A stretch of DNA of 64,000 nt. It comes from Candidatus Pseudothioglobus singularis. Its GTDB lineage: Bacteria; Pseudomonadota; Gammaproteobacteria; PS1; Pseudothioglobaceae. The translations under genes and the position numbers were made by a program. Below the pieces are notes generated by a model. It searched no databases. It was not told the DNA's origin and worked only from the letters and a program-made list of their open reading frames with translations. Location: positions 158-64,157 of the forward strand of contig JAOGRV010000006.1 of assembly GCA_028107545.1 (NCBI GenBank), read 5' to 3'. Shown piece after piece: positions 19,636 to 28,733 of the stretch; the first letter of the stretch is position 1; every line of letters begins with the position of its first letter.

Positions 19636-19959
19636 ATGAAGATTAGTAACATTGATGGTGAAGTTGTTAAGGATAACGAAACATACCTTCTTAAGGATAA
19701 CACATCACTTAATAACCTTGTAGTTAGCTCAACAACGCTGCATCCTGGAAAATCAACTCGAGGGCATAGTCATCCTGGTAAAGAGGAGGTCTACATGATT
19801 ATGAGCGGCACTGGAAGGATGCAGTTAGATGATAATGAGTTTGATATTTCTGGCGGAGAGATGATCTTAATTGAGGACGGGGTTTTTCATCGCGTTCACA
19901 ACACTGGAGAAGAGGACCTTTACATGGTCTGTATATTTGATGGAGACCGAAACCATTAA
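19636..19959 (+). CDS. Cupin-domain protein
   Basis: TRGHSH..EEVY and FHRVHNTG cupin metal motifs. Confidence 0.85.
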   Translation: MKISNIDGEVVKDNETYLLKDNTSLNNLVVSSTTLHPGKSTRGHSHPGKEEVYMIMSGTGRMQLDDNEFDISGGEMILIEDGVFHRVHNTGEEDLYMVCIFDGDRNH

Positions 19960-20917
19960 GACTCATAGTTATAATTTGGTGGGTGATATAGGAGGAACAA
20001 ATGCCAGGTTTGCACTTGTGGCTCCTGGCGAGTCAGAATTAACTAATATCAAAACGCTTTCATGTACTGAATTTGAAACGGTTCAGGAGGCACTTACATC
20101 TTATCTTTTTTCAATTCAAAATGTAGAAATTAACTCATCCTGTATTGCCTCAGCTGGCACCACACATTTGGATATCTTTAAACCAGCAAATAATGATTGG
20201 GTCATTAATAAGGCTGATGTCTCATCTGCACTTCATAACATTGAAGTTAATTGGATTAATGACTTCTCAGCTCAAGCCCTAGCAACGTCGACATTGAGTG
20301 GAGATGATGTTGTTGTTGTTAATCAAGGCAATGCTCAAATTGATAGAGTTAGGTTAGTCATTGGTCCAGGTACAGGTCTAGGCACTTGCGGATTAATTGA
20401 ATCATCAAATGGATGGATTCCTTTGCCTGCTCAGGGGGGTCATACAGACTTTGCGCCCAACTCAGATTTAGAAATTGAAATATTAAAAATATTAAAAAAA
20501 CAATTTGGACACGTTTCGGTTGAGAGAATTTTGTCGGGTCCAGGCATTGTTAACTTGTATAAGGCTTTATGTCAAATTAATGGAAGAGATATTCTTTTCC
20601 AGAGTCCTGCTGAGGTCACTTCAGCTGCAATTCAATCAAATTCAGATTCAACAGCAAAAGAGACGCTTCACCTTTTTTGCAAAATATTTGGCTCTGTCAC
20701 CGGAACAATCGCATTAACAACAGGCTGTCTTGGCGGGATCTATATTACAAGTGATTTGGTAAGAAATTTCTTAGATTTCTTTCTCGAAAGTGACTTCTTG
20801 AAGAGCTTTCAAGATAAGGGAAGGCTTGATTATTACATGACAGATATTCCAATCTGCATATCAAAAAAACAAAACATGGGCCTTATTGGAAGCGCCTACA
20901 AGATCAATAATTTATAA
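19940..20917 (+). CDS. glk: Glucokinase
   Basis: GDIGGTNARFA, INDF, GPGTGLG, ERILSGPG; exact start uncertain. Confidence 0.92.
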   Translation: METETIKTHSYNLVGDIGGTNARFALVAPGESELTNIKTLSCTEFETVQEALTSYLFSIQNVEINSSCIASAGTTHLDIFKPANNDWVINKADVSSALHNIEVNWINDFSAQALATSTLSGDDVVVVNQGNAQIDRVRLVIGPGTGLGTCGLIESSNGWIPLPAQGGHTDFAPNSDLEIEILKILKKQFGHVSVERILSGPGIVNLYKALCQINGRDILFQSPAEVTSAAIQSNSDSTAKETLHLFCKIFGSVTGTIALTTGCLGGIYITSDLVRNFLDFFLESDFLKSFQDKGRLDYYMTDIPICISKKQNMGLIGSAYKINNL

Positions 20918-20922
20918 GTAAT

Positions 20923-21291
20923 TTATTTAATATCTAACGCAGTCTTCATGAGAAGTCCTGCAATCTCGTCTCTTGATCCAAAATAATTTGAAATAGTGAT
21001 ATTTAGGTTTGGAAAATCTACAGAAGCGTCCTTAACTTCACCTGGAATATCTCTGTTGATGTGGACACCTGCAGAGAGAAAATAGGGCAAAACAGTGACG
21101 TTTAAGGCTCCTAATTCGCTGCATTTTGCAATAGCCTCTGGAATTGAAGGAGAGGCAAATTCTAAAAAGGCCGGCATAATCTGATCAAAATCATTTGTAT
21201 TATATTCAATCATTTTTTTTGATAAGGCTTCAACCTCAAGGTTTGATTCTTCTCTTCGGCTTCCGTGAGCAACCAATAGTAATATATTCAT
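20923..21291 (-). CDS. Single-domain CbiX/SirB-family chelatase
   Basis: AHGSR, AFLEFASP, PYFLSAGVH...DIP. Confidence 0.85.
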   Translation of the reverse strand: MNILLLVAHGSRREESNLEVEALSKKMIEYNTNDFDQIMPAFLEFASPSIPEAIAKCSELGALNVTVLPYFLSAGVHINRDIPGEVKDASVDFPNLNITISNYFGSRDEIAGLLMKTALDIK

Positions 21292-21370
21292 ACCAGTTCG
21301 ATAATACGTTAAATAGAATTAATTGATTATTTTAGGGTATCTTATCACGTTGAAAAAATAAATTAGAGGC

Positions 21371-22411
21371 ATGCTTTTGTACCAAAGTTCGTCAATTCAT
21401 GAATCAGCTGGTGAAACTAAGATTGGATTACTTTTGTCCAATTTAGGAACGCCTGACGCGCCAACTAAGAAAGCAGTCAAACCTTATCTTAGGCAGTTTC
21501 TTTCAGATACCAGGGTCATAGAGCCCCCACCTCCACGCTGGGTTTGGAAGATCATTCTGAATGCTGTGATCCTTAACCTTAGACCTAGAAAATCAGCCAA
21601 GGCCTATCAAACTGTTTGGAATACACATGGTGAGGGCTCACCACTTTTGTCGATTGCGAAGCTTCAAAAAACTGAAATTACCTCGCTACTAGAAGAAAAA
21701 ACTCCAGGACAGTTTGAGGTTGCTCTAGGTATGTGTTACGGCAACCCATCAATGAAATCAGCTCTCGCCGAGTTAGAGTCCAAGGGCTGTAAAAAAATTA
21801 TTGTGTTACCTCTTTACCCTCAATACGCCGCCTCTTCAACTGGCTCTGTTTTTGACGCCGTTGCAAAAGAGTTTTTAACATGGAGAAATGTTCCTGATCT
21901 GAGATTCATTAGTAGTTATAACGAGGAAGAGAAATACATTGATGCTCTTGCTAACAGCGTCAAGGAGTATCAAAAAACTCATGGCAAGCCTGATTTCTTG
22001 CTGATGTCTTATCACGGAATCCCTAAAAGATATTTTGATAAAGGTGATAACTATCCTTGCCAATGCTGCAAAACCACATTCCGTTTAGCTCAAAAACTTG
22101 ATTTGAAGCCGAGTGAGTATCAAATGACATTTCAGTCTAGATTGGGGGTTGCTGAATGGATGAAAGAGTACACCGATAAAACTCTGAAGTCGCTTCCCAG
22201 TAAAGGCATTAAAAATGTACAAGTTATTTGTCCAGGTTTTTCAGCCGATTGTTTGGAGACGATTGAGGAAATAAGCGAAGAAAACAAGGATTACTTCATG
22301 GAGTCAGGTGGCCAAAAGTTTGGCTATATTCCAGCGCTTAATGATAGACCAGATCATATTGAATTTTTGACTCAGCTCGTACTTGACAACACATCAGGCT
22401 GGAACAAGTAG
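21371..22411 (+). CDS. hemH: Ferrochelatase
   Basis: NLGTP, LPLYPQYAASST, SYHGIP, FQSR, DCLETIEEI. Confidence 0.95.
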   Translation: MLLYQSSSIHESAGETKIGLLLSNLGTPDAPTKKAVKPYLRQFLSDTRVIEPPPPRWVWKIILNAVILNLRPRKSAKAYQTVWNTHGEGSPLLSIAKLQKTEITSLLEEKTPGQFEVALGMCYGNPSMKSALAELESKGCKKIIVLPLYPQYAASSTGSVFDAVAKEFLTWRNVPDLRFISSYNEEEKYIDALANSVKEYQKTHGKPDFLLMSYHGIPKRYFDKGDNYPCQCCKTTFRLAQKLDLKPSEYQMTFQSRLGVAEWMKEYTDKTLKSLPSKGIKNVQVICPGFSADCLETIEEISEENKDYFMESGGQKFGYIPALNDRPDHIEFLTQLVLDNTSGWNK

Positions 22412-22412
22412 T

Positions 22413-23258
22413 ATGAAAATTGTTATTCTGGGTGGAACTGGATTAATTGGCAGTGCGCTACAAAAAAGTTTTTCAAAAACACACCAAGTAGAAGTATTTA
22501 ATAGAAGCGTTTTTAAGTCTGCCGAGTATCTATCCTCGATTATTGATGGCAGTGACTTTGTTATTCAGCTTGCTGGATCCACTATTTCAAAGAGGTGGAG
22601 TCAAAAAATTATCGCTGAGATGTGGCAAAGCAGGGTCAATACAAACCAAATGCTCTCTGATGCGATTAAGCTAATTACTAAGAGGCCTAGAGTGATTTGT
22701 TCTTCAGGGATTAGTTTTTATGCAGAGTCTGACTGTAATAACCCAAAGACTGAAGATGATATTCAGGGCGAGGGTTATTTGACTGATCTCAACATAGCTG
22801 TTGAGAGCGCTGCAAAGTCAATTTCTGATGATGTTACTATTTTAAGGTTTGGTGTTGTTCTTTCAAGAAAGGGCGGCGCATTAGCAAAATTATACTGGCC
22901 TTATTACTTTGGTGTAGGCGGCCCTATTATGACTGGAAATCAATGTTTCTCTTGGATACATATTGATGATCTCGTTAAAGCGTTTCATTATCTAATCAAT
23001 GATCCTCAGAGTAAAGGTATTTATAACATTACATCACCTGAGCCCGTTCCTCAAAAGGTCTTTGGAAGAGCTCTTGCTAAGTCTTTAAAAAGACCTTTTT
23101 TTATTCCTGTATGGGAGTGGCAACTGAAAATCCTCCTTGGTAAAGGGTCTCAAGTCCTAACTTTAAGTGCATCCGTTATTCCGATGAGATTAATCCAAGC
23201 TGGCTTTGTTTTTGACTATCCTGACATCGACACTGCAATGAGAGATCTAATAGGGTAA
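22413..23258 (+). CDS. TIGR01777-family (YfcH-like) NAD-dependent oxidoreductase/epimerase
   Basis: GGTGLIG, RFGVVL, SWIHIDD, GFVFDYPDI. Confidence 0.88.
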   Translation: MKIVILGGTGLIGSALQKSFSKTHQVEVFNRSVFKSAEYLSSIIDGSDFVIQLAGSTISKRWSQKIIAEMWQSRVNTNQMLSDAIKLITKRPRVICSSGISFYAESDCNNPKTEDDIQGEGYLTDLNIAVESAAKSISDDVTILRFGVVLSRKGGALAKLYWPYYFGVGGPIMTGNQCFSWIHIDDLVKAFHYLINDPQSKGIYNITSPEPVPQKVFGRALAKSLKRPFFIPVWEWQLKILLGKGSQVLTLSASVIPMRLIQAGFVFDYPDIDTAMRDLIG

Positions 23259-23387
23259 AGCCGCTCAATCCTCATAATGTAAAAGCGTTTGCCTATGGTA
23301 AAATGTGTTTAAGTGTCACACTGTTACCTAAGATTGAATGAGGCTTTACGTTTTGGGGAGTTTTTTTTGTTTATTTTTGGAGAAAAT

Positions 23388-23873
23388 ATGAAAGTTAGTA
23401 AGGATAAAGTTGTATCAATGCACTACACTCTTAAGAATGATGCTGGAGAGGTTATTGATTCATCTGACGGTAAAGAGACTCTTGACTTTTTACAAGGGCA
23501 TGGAAACATTATTCCTGGTCTTGAGTCAGCGCTTGAAGGCGCCAGCAAGGGTGACAAGATGGATGTATCTGTGGAGCCCGAAGAGGGTTATGGTCTCCGC
23601 ATGCAGGATGCGATTCAGGAGATCCCTCGCACAGCACTTCAAGGCATTGATGAAGTAAAAATTGGTATGCAGCTTCAATCTCAGGACCAAGATGGCAACC
23701 CTTTTGTTGTTACAGTTACAAAGCAGGACGATGAGAAAATTACTGTTGACGCAAACCACCCTTTAGCTGGTGAGACCCTTCATTTTTCAGTTAGCATTGA
23801 AGATGTAAGAGATGCTGAGGCTGAAGAGTTATCTCACGGTCACGTCCACTCAGCAGGCGGCCACGCTCACTAA
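23388..23873 (+). CDS. slyD: FKBP-type peptidyl-prolyl isomerase SlyD
   Basis: IIPGLE, DANHPLAG, His-rich tail HGHVHSAGGHAH; SD GGAG before 23388. Confidence 0.93.
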   Translation: MKVSKDKVVSMHYTLKNDAGEVIDSSDGKETLDFLQGHGNIIPGLESALEGASKGDKMDVSVEPEEGYGLRMQDAIQEIPRTALQGIDEVKIGMQLQSQDQDGNPFVVTVTKQDDEKITVDANHPLAGETLHFSVSIEDVRDAEAEELSHGHVHSAGGHAH

Positions 23874-23894
23874 TCATAAATTTATAGCGGGCTA

Positions 23895-24542
23895 GTGATA
23901 AAAGTTATTACTTGCCCACTGTGTCAATCAAAGAATTATTCACTGATTCATAAAGATAGCTATAGAGAGTACCTAAGTTGCTCAGATTGTAGATTTGTCT
24001 TTGTACCTAAATCCTTTCATCTATCAGAGACTGATGAGAAATTAAGGTACGACACTCACAATAACGATCCATTGGACAATCGCTATCGTCATTTTTTATC
24101 TCAGTTAGCAGAACCTCTTTTACAACAAATTCCTGAGAAATCTTATGGCCTTGATTTTGGCTCTGGACCGGGACCCACTCTGTCTTTAATGCTTGAAGAG
24201 AAGGGGCATCATGTTGAGCTATATGACAAATTTTATGCCTCAAACGATTATGTTTTTAATAAGCGGTTTGACTTCATCACAGCTACTGAAGTGATTGAAC
24301 ACCTTAGAGATCCAATGCTTGAATTTAAGCGCTTAGCTTCTACTCTTAGGGTGGGTGGTTATTTCGCGTTAATGACCCACTTATTGACTGAAGAGACTGA
24401 TTTTAAATCCTGGTATTACAAAAATGACCCTTCACATATTGGATTTTTTAATAAACAATCTTTGATTTATATTGCAAAAGAATTAAATTTTGAAGTTGAT
24501 ATTTACTCTGAACGTGTCATTTTTTTGAAAAAACTAGGCTAA
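23895..24542 (+). CDS. Class I SAM-dependent methyltransferase with N-terminal Zn ribbon
   Basis: CPLC...CSDC; LDFGSGPG; TEVIEH; WYYKNDPSH. Confidence 0.88.
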   Translation: MIKVITCPLCQSKNYSLIHKDSYREYLSCSDCRFVFVPKSFHLSETDEKLRYDTHNNDPLDNRYRHFLSQLAEPLLQQIPEKSYGLDFGSGPGPTLSLMLEEKGHHVELYDKFYASNDYVFNKRFDFITATEVIEHLRDPMLEFKRLASTLRVGGYFALMTHLLTEETDFKSWYYKNDPSHIGFFNKQSLIYIAKELNFEVDIYSERVIFLKKLG

Positions 24543-25496
24543 TATATTTAAGTAGCTCTCATAGCGATTTTCATTAATTTTTCCACTCTCTAGGGCCATT
24601 TTAATCGCACAGTCTGGCTCATTAATGTGCTTGCAGTTTCTAAATCGGCATTGATCTGAAAGCGCTTTGAATTCTCTGAATCCTCTCACTATCTGCTCTT
24701 CAGAAAGGTTGTCTAATTGAAACTCTCGGACACCAGGTGAATCAATTAAATCACCACCACTCGGTATATGATAGATTGTTGTATTTGTTGTTGTGTGCTT
24801 GCCCAGCTTGCTTTTAATTGAAATTTCATTGACCCTGAGCTCTAAATCAGGAATCAGAGCATTGATCAGTGAAGATTTACCAACGCCAGACTGACCCAAA
24901 AATATATGAGATTTATTGATTAGTTTATCTTTGAATGAGGTCACATTTAAATCACCCTTAACGCTCATTGTGTGGACATCATAGCCAATATTTCTATAAT
25001 GTTCAAAGTCATCATTAAGCTGACTTTCATTTTTTGATAGCTCAATTTTATTGATTACTAAACCTATAGGAAGGTTTGAGTTTTCAGCCATAATAAGGTA
25101 ACGATCAATGAGATCAAACTCATAGTGGGGCTCAATTGCTACGACAAGCCATAACTGATCAATATTGGCTGCAATTAATTTATCTTTTCTTTTGAGCTCA
25201 GTTCTTCTCGGGAAGATGGCAGTGACAATTGCCTCGCCTTGTTTTGTTTTTTGAAACAGGACTTCATCACCTGCAACAGAAAAGCCAATATTTTGTCGGC
25301 TTACACACTGATAAATTTCACCATTTTTTGCCTCGACAAGTTGACGCTGACCATACCTTGTAATCACCTTACCGGAATATTCTTTATCTTTCACGTTTAG
25401 CCCAGATTCAGCTTTGATTGAAGCTTTATCAGCGCGAGCAATCTTTTCAGACTGAACTTTATCGATGCGCCATTTTTGTTTTCTAGTAAGTGGCAC
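24534..25496 (-). CDS. rsgA: Ribosome small subunit-dependent GTPase A
   Basis: GQSGVGKSS, GKHTTT, DSPG, CRFRNCKH..EPDC. Confidence 0.95.
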   Translation of the reverse strand: MPLTRKQKWRIDKVQSEKIARADKASIKAESGLNVKDKEYSGKVITRYGQRQLVEAKNGEIYQCVSRQNIGFSVAGDEVLFQKTKQGEAIVTAIFPRRTELKRKDKLIAANIDQLWLVVAIEPHYEFDLIDRYLIMAENSNLPIGLVINKIELSKNESQLNDDFEHYRNIGYDVHTMSVKGDLNVTSFKDKLINKSHIFLGQSGVGKSSLINALIPDLELRVNEISIKSKLGKHTTTNTTIYHIPSGGDLIDSPGVREFQLDNLSEEQIVRGFREFKALSDQCRFRNCKHINEPDCAIKMALESGKINENRYESYLNILA

Positions 25497-25508
25497 TAGG
25501 CAGTTAAA

Positions 25509-26753
25509 TTATTGTAGTTTTTCAATTCTAAGGACAGCGCTTGGGTGAGAGTCATGGAAAGCTGAATAGTATCTATCTGGGGATAATGATGATGAGTTTT
25601 CTTTGTAAAGTTTAATGAGTGAAGATATTAAATCCTTTGCATCAGTATGACTTGCCGCGAAAGCATCTGCCTGAAATTCGTGTTTTCTTGAGACTAGATT
25701 ACTAATTGGAGTAATAAAAAAACTAAAGACTGGAAGGGCTAGACTAAAAAGAACCAATGCTGCGTGTGATGATGGCTCTGAAATTCCTAGTCCATTAAAG
25801 AACCAAGTTTGATTAATAAGATAGCCTAGTAGAGCAAGACTAATAAAGCTGAAGATAAAAGAGCTGATCATTCTTTGACGCGTGTGCTTGTGATGAAAGT
25901 GTCCAAGTTCATGCGCAAGAATTGCCTCAATCTCTTTGTCCTCCATTCCCTTAAGAAGGGTATCAAAGAACACAATTCTTTTGTTCTTGCCTATTCCAGT
26001 AAAGTACGCGTTTCCGTGTGATGATCTTTTAGATCCATCCATGACATAGATACCATCGCTACCAAAGCCAGTTCTTTCTAGAAGACTAGTAATTCTTGTT
26101 TTAAGACTTTCATTGTCTAACGCGTTAAATTTGTTAAAGATGGGCGCAATGAAAGAGGGGTAGACCCACATCATGATTAAAGAAAAAAGGCTGATAATAG
26201 CCCAAACATAGATCCACCAATAGTTACCTATTGATTTAATATTCATAAGATAGAGAATAGCGTAAATTAGAGGTAAAACAAGAACAAGACTCAGTATAAC
26301 TTCCTTAATTAAGTCTCCAGCAAAAGTGTTAACTGTCATGCGATTAAATCCAAATTTTTGCTCCAAAACAAAATTCCTATAAATACTGAAAGGCAGGTCA
26401 ATAAAGCTAGCAATGAGCATGATGCTGAGTACAAAAAAAGTACCCATCAATACTGGGTCATTAACTCTTTGAGACCAGTAACCATCGATCCAGTTCATAG
26501 CGCCACCTAGTGTCCAAACTAGCAGTACCATTGTTGAAAAGATAATCTCAAAATGATTTAACAAAAGCTTTGCTTTTGTATATTTTCCAGCTTTTTGATG
26601 ATCTTCAAGCTTTATCGTTTCACTGAAACCATCGGGAACTGCATCAAAGGAATTATCAATCGCCTTGTCTTGTCTAAAATTTAGATAAAGTAAAGCTAGG
26701 ACCGAAGTCAAAATTGCGAATAAAAAAATAAATGTAAAAAAATTAAATTCCAT
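25509..26753 (-). CDS. M48 (Ste24-like) membrane zinc protease
   Basis: DGSKRSSHGNAYF, HELGH, EFQAD, SHP. Confidence 0.93.
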   Translation of the reverse strand: MEFNFFTFIFLFAILTSVLALLYLNFRQDKAIDNSFDAVPDGFSETIKLEDHQKAGKYTKAKLLLNHFEIIFSTMVLLVWTLGGAMNWIDGYWSQRVNDPVLMGTFFVLSIMLIASFIDLPFSIYRNFVLEQKFGFNRMTVNTFAGDLIKEVILSLVLVLPLIYAILYLMNIKSIGNYWWIYVWAIISLFSLIMMWVYPSFIAPIFNKFNALDNESLKTRITSLLERTGFGSDGIYVMDGSKRSSHGNAYFTGIGKNKRIVFFDTLLKGMEDKEIEAILAHELGHFHHKHTRQRMISSFIFSFISLALLGYLINQTWFFNGLGISEPSSHAALVLFSLALPVFSFFITPISNLVSRKHEFQADAFAASHTDAKDLISSLIKLYKENSSSLSPDRYYSAFHDSHPSAVLRIEKLQ

Positions 26754-26974
26754 TTTTATGTACAAATGATCTTAAAAAGTTACAACAAATTATACCCGCT
26801 CATTTATTAGATATTACAAATTGAAATACCGGTAAATTAAATGACAATAATATTCAAAAATAATTCTATAAATAAATTATAAAAAGCCTAAATGAAATCA
26901 TAGATATATGAGATGAATTCTATATGGAGATGGGTATAATTTCGTAATTAAAGTTTAATTAATGAGATTTTGTA

Positions 26975-27904
26975 ATGACAATGGAAGATAGAGATGGCTT
27001 CATCTGGATGGATGGAGAGTGGTTAGATTGGCGAGAAGCAAAGGTTCATGTTTTAACTCACACCCTGCATTATGGTATGGGGGCTTTTGAGGGTGTTAGG
27101 GCTTATGAAACTGACAAAGGGCCAGCCATTTTTAAGCTTGAAGAGCATACCGAGAGACTATTTAATTCAACTCGAATTTTGGGGATGGAAATTCCTTATG
27201 ATGCTAAGACGCTTAATCAAGCTCAGAGAGAAGTTGTTACTAAGAATAATCTTAAGTCTGCCTACATTAGACCAATGTGTTTCTATGGCTCTGAGGGTAT
27301 GGGTCTTAGGGCAGATAACTTAAAAGTCCACACAATGATTGCTGCATGGGAATGGGGAGCTTACTTGGGCGAAGACAATATGAAAAACGGGATAAGAATT
27401 AGAACATCTTCTTATGTCAGGCATCCGGCTCATCCTTCTCTGAGCGGTGCTAAAACAAATGGAAATTATGTTAACTCTATGATGGCCCTAAAGGAGGCAC
27501 TTGATCATGGATTTGATGAGGCTTTAATGCTGGATATTGATGGTTATGTGTCTGAAGGGAGTGGTGAGAATATTTTCGTCATTAAAGACGATGTTATTTA
27601 TACTCCTCATTTGACATCAGCCCTCCCTGGTATTACGAGAGATACGATTTTTACTTTGGCAAAGTCATTAGGCTATAACATTATTGAAAAGAAACTCTCT
27701 TGTGATGAAATATACGTCTCAGAGGAGGCTTTCTTTACTGGAACTGCGGCAGAGGTAACCCCCATTAGAGATCTTGATGGAAATCAAATTGGTCAGGGGG
27801 CTCGTGGACCAGTTACTGAAAAGCTACAGTCACTATATTTTGATTGTGTTCATGGGCGAAACAGTGACTTTAATCACTGGATAGATAGTGGAAGGTGTTT
27901 GTGA
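26975..27904 (+). CDS. ilvE: Branched-chain amino acid aminotransferase
   Basis: LHYG..FEG, EGSGENIF, LPGITR, GTAAEVTP. Confidence 0.95.
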   Translation: MTMEDRDGFIWMDGEWLDWREAKVHVLTHTLHYGMGAFEGVRAYETDKGPAIFKLEEHTERLFNSTRILGMEIPYDAKTLNQAQREVVTKNNLKSAYIRPMCFYGSEGMGLRADNLKVHTMIAAWEWGAYLGEDNMKNGIRIRTSSYVRHPAHPSLSGAKTNGNYVNSMMALKEALDHGFDEALMLDIDGYVSEGSGENIFVIKDDVIYTPHLTSALPGITRDTIFTLAKSLGYNIIEKKLSCDEIYVSEEAFFTGTAAEVTPIRDLDGNQIGQGARGPVTEKLQSLYFDCVHGRNSDFNHWIDSGRCL

Positions 27905-28083
27905 GCTCTACCTACTCATATGAAGGTGCAACAAAGATAGTTTCGAAGAAAGATCTGCCTGCCCACTGTCCACCCAAAGACTCTTCAAAGTGGAATATGC
28001 ATCCAAAAGTTTTTTTATCATTTGATGATCATGGCAAAGTGAGTTGTCCATACTGTGGAGCAAAATATAAACTGGACTCATAG
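27895..28083 (+). CDS. Small zinc-finger (zf-CHCC-like) protein
   Basis: CP...WNMHPKVFL...CPYCG; commonly follows ilvE. Confidence 0.8.
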   Translation: MFVSSTYSYEGATKIVSKKDLPAHCPPKDSSKWNMHPKVFLSFDDHGKVSCPYCGAKYKLDS

Positions 28084-28099
28084 TTTAGTATTTTAAAAA

Positions 28100-28621
28100 A
28101 TGCAAACAAATCTAAATACTGTTGTTTTAGTTGGACCAATGGGATCAGGTAAAACAACCGTTGGAAGACGACTATCTGAAAAGTTAGGCGTTAATTTTTA
28201 TGATGCAGATCATGAAATTATTGACAAGACTGGTGTGAGCATTGACCACATATTTGATGTTGAGGGAGAAGAGGGCTTTCGTAAAAGAGAGTCTGATGTT
28301 TTAAAGGAGTTATGCAGCAAAGATAACATTGTTTTGGCTACTGGAGGTGGCGCAGTTATATCCAAAGAAAATAGGTTTGAAATTTCAAAAACTGGTTCGG
28401 TTATATACCTTCTATCCTCCGTTGATCAAATTTTAAGAAGAACAGCAAAATCTAAAACAAGACCTTTGCTAGAAAAGAGCTCTAATAAAAGAAAAACAAT
28501 TACTGACATTATCGAGGCAAGAGATCCACTCTATAGGGAAATAGCAACCATTATTATTGATACAAATGGAAAGAAACTGAATGAAGTTATTCATGAAATA
28601 TTAAAACATTTACAAAGATAA
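28100..28621 (+). CDS. aroK: Shikimate kinase
   Basis: GPMGSGKTT, ATGGG, RPLL, R.PLY. Confidence 0.95.
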   Translation: MQTNLNTVVLVGPMGSGKTTVGRRLSEKLGVNFYDADHEIIDKTGVSIDHIFDVEGEEGFRKRESDVLKELCSKDNIVLATGGGAVISKENRFEISKTGSVIYLLSSVDQILRRTAKSKTRPLLEKSSNKRKTITDIIEARDPLYREIATIIIDTNGKKLNEVIHEILKHLQR

Positions 28622-28733
28622 TTTTTTTTAAGCTCTTTTTTCCTAAACTTCATCAAAACTTCACTAAAATGTAAGTTTGATGCTCTAAACTGTAAATTTT
28701 TTATTGTTGAACTTGTACCAAAGGGGGTAAATC

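Noticed and set aside
23259-23387. Possible riboswitch upstream of slyD, or the longer N-terminus shown in the ORF track
   Set aside because: No convincing stems or known consensus; the SD supports a start at 23388.
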